Assembly: GCA_040902485.1 (NCBI GenBank)
Contig: JBBDXF010000001.1
Span: forward strand, 21,573-55,944
Source: Myxococcota bacterium
GTDB taxonomy: Bacteria; Myxococcota_A; UBA9160; SZUA-336
Reading direction: 5' to 3'
DNA length: 34,372 nucleotides
Shown here: piece after piece, positions 19,301 through 28,087 of the stretch
How positions within the stretch are numbered: the stretch's first letter is position 1
How the letters are laid out: each line of letters starts with the position of its first letter
The notes under the pieces: generated by a model
Database searches by the model: none
What the model was told of the DNA's origin: nothing
What the model saw: the letters and a program-made list of their open reading frames with translations, nothing else
Program-made: the position numbers and the translations under genes

Positions 19301-20731
19301 GTGGCGTTCATCGAGTACAGCGAGTACGACGGACTGGGATTGGCCGAGCTCGTTTGCAAGGGCCAGGTCTCGCCGGCCGAGCTCGTCGAGGAGGCGATCG
19401 CGCGCATCGAGCGCCACAATCCGGTGTTGAACGCCGTCGTCTACAAGGCCTACGACGAGGCGCGTCGCGCGGCGCGCGCGGCGCTGCCGGACGGCGCGTT
19501 CCGGGGCGTGCCGTTCCTGGTCAAGGACCTGCGCATGCAGGTCGCCGGCATGCCGATGACCGACGGCAGCGTGTTCACGCGCGACGAGGTGCCGACCGAC
19601 GACAGCGAGCTGGTGAAGCGGCAGCGCGCGGCGGGCCTCGTGATCCTGGGCAAGACCAACACGCCCGAGCTCGGCATCACCGGCACCACCGAGTCGCGCC
19701 TGCTCGGGCCGTGTCGCAATCCCTGGAACCCCGAGCACATCTCCGGCGGCTCGAGCGGCGGGGCGGCGTCGGCCGTCGCGGCGGGCATCGTTCCGCTCGC
19801 GCACGCGAGCGACGGGCTCGGCTCGATCCGCATTCCCGCCGCGTGCTGTGGGCTGTTCGGCCTGAAGGTCACGCGCGACCGCAATCCCGGCGGGCTCGAC
19901 GTGGGCGCGAACGTGCTCGGCTTCGGCGTGAGTCACGTCGTGTCGCGCAGCGTGCGCGACAGCGCCGCGATGCTCGATGCGACCGGTCACCCCGAGCCGG
20001 CGATGCCGTTCGCGCATCCGGCGCGGCCGAAGTCGTACCTGCACGAGCTGCGCGTGCCGCCGGGACGGCTGCGTGTCGCGTTCTCGTCGGAGACGCCGAG
20101 CGGGCGGCCGATCGACCCGGAGGTGCGCCGCGCGCTCGAGGACACCGCGAGCCTGCTCGTGGAGCTCGGTCACGACGTGCGCGAGCAGGGGCTCGGCATC
20201 GACTACCGCGCGCTCTACCGCACGCACGGTGCGCTCGGCGCAGCGGGCTCCGCGGCGGGACTCCGCGAGACGTCGGAGAAGCTCGGTCGCGAGCCGCGCG
20301 AGGACGAGCTCGAGCCGCTCACCTGGGCGGGCGTCCGACTCGGCCGCAAGCTCTCGGGCGAAGTCGTGATGCGCGCTCTGCGCGACCTGCGGCGCATGAC
20401 CCACGAGATCCTGATGTTCTTCGAGACCCGCGACGTGTACCTGACGCCGGTCATGGGCACGCCGCCGCCGCGCATCGGCCACATCGATCCGGTCGCGCTC
20501 GAGCCGCGCGAGCTCGGCAAGCGTCAGTCGGTGGCCTTCCCGTTCACGCCTCCGTTCAACTTCACGGGCCAGCCGGCGATGTCGGTGCCGCTCGCCTGGT
20601 CCGAATCGGGGCTGCCGATCGGCATGCAGCTCGCGGCGCGCTTCGGCGACGAGACGACGCTGTTCCGTGTCGCGGCACAGCTCGAGGCGGCTCGGCCGTG
20701 GCGCGCGAAGAAACCCGCGATCTGGGGCTAG
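19301..20731 (+). CDS. Amidase signature family protein
   Basis: GTG 19301 with SD AGGAGG. GVPFLVKDL, GKTNTPELG, RNPWN....GGSSGGAA.AVAAG, HASDGLGSIRIPA.CCG, FN.TGQPA.SVP, GLPIG.QL. Confidence 0.95.
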   Translation: MAFIEYSEYDGLGLAELVCKGQVSPAELVEEAIARIERHNPVLNAVVYKAYDEARRAARAALPDGAFRGVPFLVKDLRMQVAGMPMTDGSVFTRDEVPTDDSELVKRQRAAGLVILGKTNTPELGITGTTESRLLGPCRNPWNPEHISGGSSGGAASAVAAGIVPLAHASDGLGSIRIPAACCGLFGLKVTRDRNPGGLDVGANVLGFGVSHVVSRSVRDSAAMLDATGHPEPAMPFAHPARPKSYLHELRVPPGRLRVAFSSETPSGRPIDPEVRRALEDTASLLVELGHDVREQGLGIDYRALYRTHGALGAAGSAAGLRETSEKLGREPREDELEPLTWAGVRLGRKLSGEVVMRALRDLRRMTHEILMFFETRDVYLTPVMGTPPPRIGHIDPVALEPRELGKRQSVAFPFTPPFNFTGQPAMSVPLAWSESGLPIGMQLAARFGDETTLFRVAAQLEAARPWRAKKPAIWG

Positions 20732-21621
20732 CCGGCTGCGCCTTCGCGCTCGGAGCGTTCACGCTCTGGGGCGTGCTGCCCGCGTACTGGAAGGCGCTCG
20801 GGAACGTGGCTCCGCCGGAGATCCTCGCCCACCGCGTGGTCTGGTCGCTCTTGTTCACGCTCGCGATCGCGGCGGCGATGGGGCGGTTGCCCGAGCTGCG
20901 CGCGGCCCTCGCCACGCGCCGCAACCGGCTTGCGCTGTTCGCGAGCGGGATCCTGATCGCCGCGAACTGGGGCATGTTCATCTGGTCGGTGTCGGTGGGC
21001 CGGCTGGTCGAAGCGAGCTTCGGCTACTACATCAATCCGCTGGTGAACGTGGCGCTCGGCGTGCTCCTGCTCGGCGAGCGCTTGAGCGGGCTGCAGCGGA
21101 TCGCGATCGGCGTCGCGGCGCTCGGCGTGCTCGCGCTCGGCGTGGGCACGGGCGCCACCCCCTGGCTGCCGCTCGCGCTGGCCGCGACCTTCGGGCTGTA
21201 CGGACTGGTGCGCAAGCTGACGCCGGTCTCCTCGCTCGCCGGGTTCAGCGTCGAGACCTCCATGCTCGCGCCGCTCGCGCTCGGCTACCTGCTCGTGCTC
21301 GGCGACAGCGGAGCGGGTCAGCTGGCCGTGACCGACCTGCGCACGAGCGTGCTCCTGATCTTCTCGGGCGTGGTGACGGCGCTGCCGCTGATCTGGTTCG
21401 CGAGCGCCGCGAAGCGGCTCTCCTTCTCGACCCTCGGGATCCTGCAGTACCTGTCGCCGACGCTCTCGTTCCTGCTCGCGGTGGGGGTCTACGGCGAGCC
21501 GTTCAGCGAGTTCCACGCCTTCGCGTTCGCCTGTGTCTGGGTCGCGGTCGGCTTGTACAGCGTCGACCTGCTGCGGGGCGGCGCCGCGGCACCGGTCGAG
21601 GTCGCGGACGCGGGACCGTGA
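20698..21621 (+). CDS. rarD: EamA family transporter RarD
   Basis: WG.LP.YWK.L, EILAHRVVWS, NW..FIW.V, EAS.GYYINPLVNV.LG...LGERL, FGLYGLVRK, G.VTALPL..F, LG.LQYLSPT. Start at GTG 20698 is inferred and overlaps the amidase end. Confidence 0.92.
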   Translation: MAREETRDLGLAGCAFALGAFTLWGVLPAYWKALGNVAPPEILAHRVVWSLLFTLAIAAAMGRLPELRAALATRRNRLALFASGILIAANWGMFIWSVSVGRLVEASFGYYINPLVNVALGVLLLGERLSGLQRIAIGVAALGVLALGVGTGATPWLPLALAATFGLYGLVRKLTPVSSLAGFSVETSMLAPLALGYLLVLGDSGAGQLAVTDLRTSVLLIFSGVVTALPLIWFASAAKRLSFSTLGILQYLSPTLSFLLAVGVYGEPFSEFHAFAFACVWVAVGLYSVDLLRGGAAAPVEVADAGP

Positions 21622-21643
21622 AAGCCCGCTAGCTTCAGTCGCC

Positions 21644-24600
21644 ATGCGAGGGGTGATGCTCCGGGGCTTCGGGCTGATGCTCGCGGTGGGCTTGGTTCTC
21701 GTCTCCATTCCGGGACGATCGCCCGGCGAGCCGCTCGCGCGCGCCGACGTGCCCGAGCTGCTCGCGCCGTGGGTGGACTGGGTGCTGCGCGGCGCCGAGG
21801 ATTCCGCCTGCGCGCTCGTGCTCGGTAAGGGCGACACGCGGCTGTGTTGGTTTCCGTCGCGCGTCGAGCTCGACCTGGGCGCGAACTCGGGGCGCTTCCG
21901 CGCGGAGCTGCGACTGGCGCGCGCGAACTGGATCCGCCTGCCGGGAGATGCGGCGCTCTGGCCGCAGGACGTGGAGGTCGACGGCAAGCCGGCGGTGGTG
22001 ATCGCACGCGACGGCGCGCCTTCGGTCTGGCTCGAGCCCGGCCGTCACGTCGCGACCGGCGGCTTCGGCTACTCGGCGCTGCCCGAGGGCATCGTCGTGC
22101 CGCCCGAGACGGCGCTGCTCGCGGTGCGCGTGGGCGGTGCGCCGGTCGCGCGCCCGCGGCGCGATCCCGACGGGCGCGTCTGGCTGCGCACGCGCTCGGA
22201 CGCCGAGACCGTCGAGAGCCGGCTGGAGGTGGCGGTCAATCGGCTCGTCTCCGACCAGGTCCCGCTCGAGCTCGAGACGCGCATCGAGCTGCGCGTCTCG
22301 GGAACCGCGCGCGAGATCACGCTCGGTCCGGCGCTGCCCGCGGGGCTCGTGCCGATCTCGATCTCGAGCGCGCTGCCGGCGCGGCTCGAGCACGACGGCC
22401 GCTTGCGCGTGCAGGTGAGCCCGGGCGATTGGCTCGTGACTCTGCGCGCGCGCAGCCTCGCACCGGTGGACTCGCTCGGGCCGTCCGCCGCCGCGCCGCC
22501 CTGGCCCGAGACGGAGATCTGGGCGTTCGCCGCGGAGCCGAGCCTGCGGGTGGTCGAGGTCGAGGGCGTGCCCGCGGTCGACCCGCAGCAGACCACGCTG
22601 CCCGAGGCGTGGCGACACTTCCCGGCGTATGCGCTGGTGCAGGAGAGCGCGATGGCGCTCGCCGAGAAGCGCCGCGGCGACGCCGATCCCGCGCCCGACG
22701 AGCTCGCGCTCGACCGCACGCTCTGGCTCGACTTCGCGGGCAGCGGCTACACCTTCCACGACCGGATCTCCGGGCGTCTCTCGCGCAGCTGGCGGCTCGA
22801 CATGCCGCTGCCGAGCGCGCTGGGCCGCGTCTCGGTCGACGGCGTCGATCAGCTGATCGGACGCATCGCCGCCGACTCCGCTCCGGGCGTCGAGCTGCGC
22901 CAGAGCCAGGCCTCGATCGAAGCGGACGGACGCATCGACGGACTGCTGCGCGCGCTGCCCGCGGTGTCCTGGGACCACGACTTCGCGCGCGTCTCCGCGA
23001 CGCTGCAGCTTCCACCGGGCTGGCGGCTCTTCCACGTCGGCGGCGCCGACACCGTTTCCGAGACCTGGATCCGCTCCTGGTCGCTGCTCGATCTGTTCCT
23101 GGTGCTGGTGATCGCGCTCGCGATCGGGCGCCTGCGCTCGCGCGCGTGGGGCGCGGTCGCACTGGTCGCGCTCGCGCTGCTCTGGCCGGAGCCCGGTGCG
23201 CCGCGCTACGCGTGGCTCACGCTGCTCGCTGCGCACGCGTTGCTGCGCGTGCTGCCCGAGGGCCGGCTGCGCGCGCTGCTCGGCTTCGCGCGGCTGGCGG
23301 CGCTCGTGGGGGTGGTGGCGATCGCGGTGCCGTTCGCGATCACTCAAGCGCGCACGGCGATGTACCCGGCGCTCGAAGAGCACGAGGCGTACGCGTTCGA
23401 CGCCGCGCTCGCGCCCGCGCCGGGTGCGCTCGCGACCACGGCCGAGCTGGCCGAGCAATCGCTCGCCGCGAGCGAGGCGGACGAGCCCCGCGCGCAGCTC
23501 GAGCGCAGGGGGAGTGGCGCGCCGAAGTCGCCACCGCCGCGCAAGCGCTCGCTCGCGAGCTACTACGCGCCCGAGCCCGGCGCGCTGGTCTCGACCGGGC
23601 CGGGACTGCCGTCGTGGAGCTGGCGCAGCGTGCACCTGTCCTGGAACGGGCCGGTCGAGCGCACGCAGGAGATCCGGCTCTGGCTGGTGTCGCCCGCCGC
23701 GAACTTCGCGCTCGGCTGGCTGCGCGTCGCGCTGTTGATCGCGCTGCTGGTCGCCGCGGCGGACTTCGACGATCGCTTCGGGAGCTGGCTGCGCGGGCGG
23801 CGCGGCGCCGCGGCCGCGCTCGCGCTGCTCGCGTTCCTGGTCGCGCCCGCGGGCAGCGCCCGCGCCGAGGAGTTCCCACCGGCCGATCTGCTCGAGCAGC
23901 TCCGCGCGCGCATGCTCGAGCTGCCCTCGTGCGCGCCGGATTGCGCGGAGAGCCCGCGCATGCGGCTCGAGATCGACGCCGCGCGCCTGCGCGCGCGCAT
24001 CGAGATCGCGGTCGCCGCGCGCAGCGCCGTGCCGCTGCCCGGCGGCGCGTCGGACTGGAGCCCCGAGCTCGTGAGCGTGGACGGCGCGGCCGCGACGGCA
24101 CTCGCGCGCGACGCCAACGGCGTGCTCTGGGTCGAGCTCGATACGGGCCTCCACCAGGTGGTGTTGGAGGGAGCGCTGCCCGACCGAGAGACCGTCGAGA
24201 TCCCGCTGCCGCTGCGACCGCACCGCGTCGAAGCGATCGTCTCGGGCTGGCTGCTGCACGGCGTGCACGAGGACGGACGCGCCGACGCGAGCCTGCAGCT
24301 CGCGCGGCTCGCGCGCGCGGGCTTCGAGGGCGCTGCCACGCTCGAGCCGGACGAGCTGCCCGCCTTCGTGCGCGTCGAGCGAACGCTGTCGCTCGGGATC
24401 CTGTGGGAGCTCGAGACGCGCGTGGTGCGCCTGAGTCCCGAGGGCAAGGCGCTGTTCCTGGAGCTGCCGCTGCTGGCCGGCGAGTCGGTGACGAGCGCGG
24501 CGGTGCGCGTCGCGGACGGACGCGCGCAGGTGAGCCTGGCGCCCGACGCGACCTCGCTCGCCTGGACCTCCTCGCTCGCGCAGTCCGATGGCTTCGCGCT

Positions 24601-25720
24601 GGCCGCGCCGAAGAGCAACCTGTGGGTCGAGATCTGGCGCCTCGACGCGTCGCCGGTGTGGCACGTCGACGTCGCGGGCATTCCGCCGATCCAGTCGCGC
24701 GACGCGGCGCAACTGCGCGGGCGCGTGTGGCGGCCGTGGCCCGGCGAGGTGGTCGAGATCGAGGTGTCGCGCCCCGCGGCGGTGCCCGGGCCGACGCTCA
24801 CGCTCGACCGCGCGGCGCTGCACGTCGCGCCGGGGCTGCGCGCGACCGACGCGCGGCTCGAGCTGCGCCTGCGCGCGAGTCGCGGCTCGCAACACGAGGT
24901 CACCCTGCCCGAGGGCGCGGAGCTGCAGAGCGTCGCCATCGACGGCGAGCTGCAGCCGATCCGGCAGGTCGAGCGGAGGGTGGTGCTGCCGATCCGGCCG
25001 GGCGCGCACACCGCCACGCTCGCGTGGCGCACGCAGGCGGGGGTTTCGGCCTTCTACCACCTGCCACAGATCGGTGTCGGTGCGCCCGCGGTGAACATCG
25101 AGCTCGAGCTCGCGCTGCCGCTCGAGCGCTGGGTGCTCGCGCTGTACGGTCCGCGGCTCGGGCCGGCGGTGCTGTTCTGGAGCCTGCTCGCGGTGGCGCT
25201 GCTGCTCGCCGTCGCGCTCTCGCGCGTCCGACTGACGCCGCTCGGCGTCACGAGCTGGATCCTTTTGCTGGTCGGGCTCACCCAGGTGCCGATCTGGCTC
25301 GGGCTCCCGATCGTCGGCTGGCTGCTCGCGCTCGGCTGGCGCCGCGCGCACCCGCCGCACGGCGACGTCGCGTTCGTGTCGCTGCAGGTGCTGCTGGTCG
25401 GCTGGACGCTGGTCGCGCTCGCGGGCCTGGTCGTCGCGATCCACCAGGGCCTGCTCGGCGACCCGGACATGCAGATCCGCGGCAACGGCTCGACACGCGA
25501 GCTGCTGCGCTGGTACCAGGACCGCTCCGCAGCGGAGCTGCCGAACGCGTTCGCGCTGTCGGTGCCGATGCTCGCGTACCGGCTCGCGATGCTGGCCTGG
25601 GCGCTCTGGCTCGCGCACGCGCTGCTCGGCTGGCTGCGCTTCGCCTGGGAGTCGTTCGGGACCGGCGGGCTGTGGCGGAGCGGCGCGCTCAGGCGCCGCC
25701 ACGTACAGCCTCGAGCGTGA
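21644..25720 (+). CDS. Large (1358 aa) multi-pass membrane protein of unknown function, two homologous halves
   Basis: Long ORF with genome-typical codon usage. N-terminal signal-like segment, then two beta-rich regions, each followed by a TM bundle starting WSLL. No family recognised. Confidence 0.88.
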   Translation: MRGVMLRGFGLMLAVGLVLVSIPGRSPGEPLARADVPELLAPWVDWVLRGAEDSACALVLGKGDTRLCWFPSRVELDLGANSGRFRAELRLARANWIRLPGDAALWPQDVEVDGKPAVVIARDGAPSVWLEPGRHVATGGFGYSALPEGIVVPPETALLAVRVGGAPVARPRRDPDGRVWLRTRSDAETVESRLEVAVNRLVSDQVPLELETRIELRVSGTAREITLGPALPAGLVPISISSALPARLEHDGRLRVQVSPGDWLVTLRARSLAPVDSLGPSAAAPPWPETEIWAFAAEPSLRVVEVEGVPAVDPQQTTLPEAWRHFPAYALVQESAMALAEKRRGDADPAPDELALDRTLWLDFAGSGYTFHDRISGRLSRSWRLDMPLPSALGRVSVDGVDQLIGRIAADSAPGVELRQSQASIEADGRIDGLLRALPAVSWDHDFARVSATLQLPPGWRLFHVGGADTVSETWIRSWSLLDLFLVLVIALAIGRLRSRAWGAVALVALALLWPEPGAPRYAWLTLLAAHALLRVLPEGRLRALLGFARLAALVGVVAIAVPFAITQARTAMYPALEEHEAYAFDAALAPAPGALATTAELAEQSLAASEADEPRAQLERRGSGAPKSPPPRKRSLASYYAPEPGALVSTGPGLPSWSWRSVHLSWNGPVERTQEIRLWLVSPAANFALGWLRVALLIALLVAAADFDDRFGSWLRGRRGAAAALALLAFLVAPAGSARAEEFPPADLLEQLRARMLELPSCAPDCAESPRMRLEIDAARLRARIEIAVAARSAVPLPGGASDWSPELVSVDGAAATALARDANGVLWVELDTGLHQVVLEGALPDRETVEIPLPLRPHRVEAIVSGWLLHGVHEDGRADASLQLARLARAGFEGAATLEPDELPAFVRVERTLSLGILWELETRVVRLSPEGKALFLELPLLAGESVTSAAVRVADGRAQVSLAPDATSLAWTSSLAQSDGFALAAPKSNLWVEIWRLDASPVWHVDVAGIPPIQSRDAAQLRGRVWRPWPGEVVEIEVSRPAAVPGPTLTLDRAALHVAPGLRATDARLELRLRASRGSQHEVTLPEGAELQSVAIDGELQPIRQVERRVVLPIRPGAHTATLAWRTQAGVSAFYHLPQIGVGAPAVNIELELALPLERWVLALYGPRLGPAVLFWSLLAVALLLAVALSRVRLTPLGVTSWILLLVGLTQVPIWLGLPIVGWLLALGWRRAHPPHGDVAFVSLQVLLVGWTLVALAGLVVAIHQGLLGDPDMQIRGNGSTRELLRWYQDRSAAELPNAFALSVPMLAYRLAMLAWALWLAHALLGWLRFAWESFGTGGLWRSGALRRRHVQPRA

Positions 25721-26567
25721 CACCGAGCAGGATCACCGCCGCGCCGGCGAGCGCGAGCGCGCCGACCGGCTCACCCAGCGCGAGGTGGCCGGCCGCGAGC
25801 CCGACCACGGGCTGAACGAAGATGAACGCCGCCATCGTGCCCGAGCTCATGCGCCGCAGCGCCCAGTTCCAGGACCAGGAGCCGAGGGCGGTGCCCAGGA
25901 ACGCGAGTGCGATCACCCAGCCCAGCGCCGGCAGCGCGCGCGCGAGCGAGAACTCCTCGCCCAGCGCCAGCAGGAACAGCGGCGGGATCGAGAGCAGGAC
26001 CGCCGCGAGCGAGACGCGCATCGCGTCGTGACGCTCGAGCAGGGGCTTGGCGGCCAGGGTGTAGATCGCCCAGCTGAGGTGACCGAGCGCGATCAGCCCG
26101 TCGCCGAGGGGATCGCCGAGCTCCGGCCGGACCGCGCCCTGCATGACGATCAGCAGCGCGCCGGCCGTACCGATCGCGACCGACGCGATCCGTAGCGGTG
26201 TCAGGCGCTCGCGCAGGAACAGCCAGCCGCCGGCCAGGATTCCGATCGGCTCGAGCGGCGAGAGCAGCGCGCCGCTGGTTCCGGTCGAGAGCTCGATGCC
26301 GTTGGCGAGCAGAACCTGCGGCAGCGCGAAGCCGGCCCAGGAGAGCAGGATCAGCAGACCCCAGTCGTGGCGCGAGAACGGCTCTCGCTTGCGGGACTCC
26401 GTGTGCGTCAGGCGATCGAGCGCGAGCAGCGCGAGCACGCCGAACGCCTGGCGCGACGCGACCATGGTCCAGGGCCCGAGTCCGCCGAGCGCGAGCTTGG
26501 TCAGGATCGGCGCGAGCCCGCCGCAGGTCTGGGCCAGCAGCGCCACGAGCAGGACCTGGACCGTCAT
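25689..26567 (-). CDS. DMT/EamA family transporter
   Basis: About 10 hydrophobic segments with two EamA repeats (FLRERL; GD.LI......WAIYT..AK.L; QPVV.......LGE). Confidence 0.88.
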   Translation of the reverse strand: MTVQVLLVALLAQTCGGLAPILTKLALGGLGPWTMVASRQAFGVLALLALDRLTHTESRKREPFSRHDWGLLILLSWAGFALPQVLLANGIELSTGTSGALLSPLEPIGILAGGWLFLRERLTPLRIASVAIGTAGALLIVMQGAVRPELGDPLGDGLIALGHLSWAIYTLAAKPLLERHDAMRVSLAAVLLSIPPLFLLALGEEFSLARALPALGWVIALAFLGTALGSWSWNWALRRMSSGTMAAFIFVQPVVGLAAGHLALGEPVGALALAGAAVILLGVTLEAVRGGA

Positions 26568-26588
26568 CTGCGCGCCGGAAGCAGGGCG

Positions 26589-27548
26589 TTATTCGCCGCG
26601 AACGCCGCTCGCCTCGAGCGAGAGCAGATCGTGCGAGACCAGAATCGTGACGCCGTGGTCGCGCTCGAGCTCGGCCAGGAGGCGCCGCAGCTTGTCGAGG
26701 CGCGCGGTCGACTCCGGCACGATCACCAGGCTGTACAGCGTCGGCTTGGGAATGTTGCGGCGCACGCCGTCGATCTGATTCACGACGTCACCCGTGAGCA
26801 CGTACGTGCGCACGCCGTCGCTGCCACGCACGTGCGCGATGAAGATCTGCGAGCCGGGCGTGTGCCCGGCCGCGGCGAAGAAGGACAGCCCGGGAAAGCC
26901 GCGCACGCGGAGTAGCGGACCGCCGTCGACGAGCTCCGGCTTCAGGCACGCTGCGTTCGCGAGCTGCTCGAGCCCGGGCCGCGTGGTGTAGTTCGACTCC
27001 TCGACCTGCAGGCGGTTCTGAAAGAGCGGAATCGGTCGATCGTGCGCTCTACACAGCGCAGCGACGCCGTTGGTGTGGTCGGTGTGCTCGTGGGTGAAGG
27101 CGATTCCGACCACGCGTCGAACCGAGGGACCGAGCTTCTCGGCGATCGAGGCGTGCGGCACGATCGGCTCGCCGCCGGAGAAGGTCTCGATCGGCCCGCC
27201 GAACGCGAGCGCCGCCTGCTCGTCCATGCCGGCGTCGACCAGGAAGATCCGCCCGTCCGACCACTCGAGGGCGAAGACCGTGTGACCCATGGTGTAGGGC
27301 GCGTCGGGCGTCGGATCCTCGCCGGGATCGAGCACCGCGGAGCGCGGCATCTTCTGACTCGCCGTGTTGAGCCACGAGATCCGCACCGGCAGGTCGGCCG
27401 CGGGGTCATAGCTGAGGATCGCGTCCAGAGGCGGAACCTCGGGATCGAGCGCGCGAATCGCCCACCCGGCCAGGAACAACCCCCCGATGACGAAGACCAG
27501 CACCAGGCCGACGAGCACGCCGAGCACGAGCGAGACTCTTCGCAGCAT
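26589..27548 (-). CDS. Metallo-beta-lactamase fold hydrolase with N-terminal membrane anchor
   Basis: FLVDAG, THEHTDH (HxHxDH), GHTPGS, LTGD, VSHD. ATG 27548 is followed by a hydrophobic helix. Confidence 0.88.
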   Translation of the reverse strand: MLRRVSLVLGVLVGLVLVFVIGGLFLAGWAIRALDPEVPPLDAILSYDPAADLPVRISWLNTASQKMPRSAVLDPGEDPTPDAPYTMGHTVFALEWSDGRIFLVDAGMDEQAALAFGGPIETFSGGEPIVPHASIAEKLGPSVRRVVGIAFTHEHTDHTNGVAALCRAHDRPIPLFQNRLQVEESNYTTRPGLEQLANAACLKPELVDGGPLLRVRGFPGLSFFAAAGHTPGSQIFIAHVRGSDGVRTYVLTGDVVNQIDGVRRNIPKPTLYSLVIVPESTARLDKLRRLLAELERDHGVTILVSHDLLSLEASGVRGE

Positions 27549-27630
27549 CGCCTCGCAGTGTAGCCCCAAACGCCCGCGGCCGATGAGTGGAAGGAGCGAT
27601 TCGCACAGCCTGCGACGGAGGAGTCAGCGC

Positions 27631-28062
27631 TTGGCCGGACCGACCTTGATCTACCAGGACGACGCGCTTCGGATCTACTGGCACGAGGCCGAGCGCTACT
27701 ACCTGTCCGAGTGGCAGCCGATCTTCCGGAAGGGCGAGGCGCTCAAGCGCGCCTACCAGGCGTGTCTCGATGCGGCGCGCGCGCGGCGCGGCGCGGTCTG
27801 GCTGGCGGACGCGAGCAAGATGGTGGTGATCGATCAGTCCGATCAGCCGTGGATCTCGCAGTGGTTCTTTCCCGAGTTCGTGAAGGCCGGCGCGCGCTAC
27901 CAGGCGTCGGTGGTTCCCGGGCGCGAGGTTGGCAAGATGTCGGCGTTCAAGGCGGTCGAGCGGGCGCAGGTGGTCGGCGCGCTCACGATCAGCGTGCACA
28001 AGACGCGCGCCGATGCCGAAGCCGCGATCCGCGACTGGCACGAGAAGCATCCCAAGGACTGA
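27631..28062 (+). CDS. STAS/SEC14 (SpoIIAA)-like small protein
   Basis: TTG 27631 lies 7 nt after GGAGGAG (alternative ATG 27583). The pattern WL.D..KM.VI...DQ.WI...FFP.....G.RY.A.VVP resembles SpoIIAA-like proteins. Confidence 0.65.
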   Translation: MAGPTLIYQDDALRIYWHEAERYYLSEWQPIFRKGEALKRAYQACLDAARARRGAVWLADASKMVVIDQSDQPWISQWFFPEFVKAGARYQASVVPGREVGKMSAFKAVERAQVVGALTISVHKTRADAEAAIRDWHEKHPKD

Positions 28063-28087
28063 GCGCGCCTCGCGCCCCGCACGGGCG

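Noticed and set aside
26589..27548. Metallo-beta-lactamase resistance gene
   Set aside because: HxHxDH plus a bridging Asp (LTGD) is typical of generic MBL-fold hydrolases/lactonases. Nothing specific supports beta-lactamase activity.
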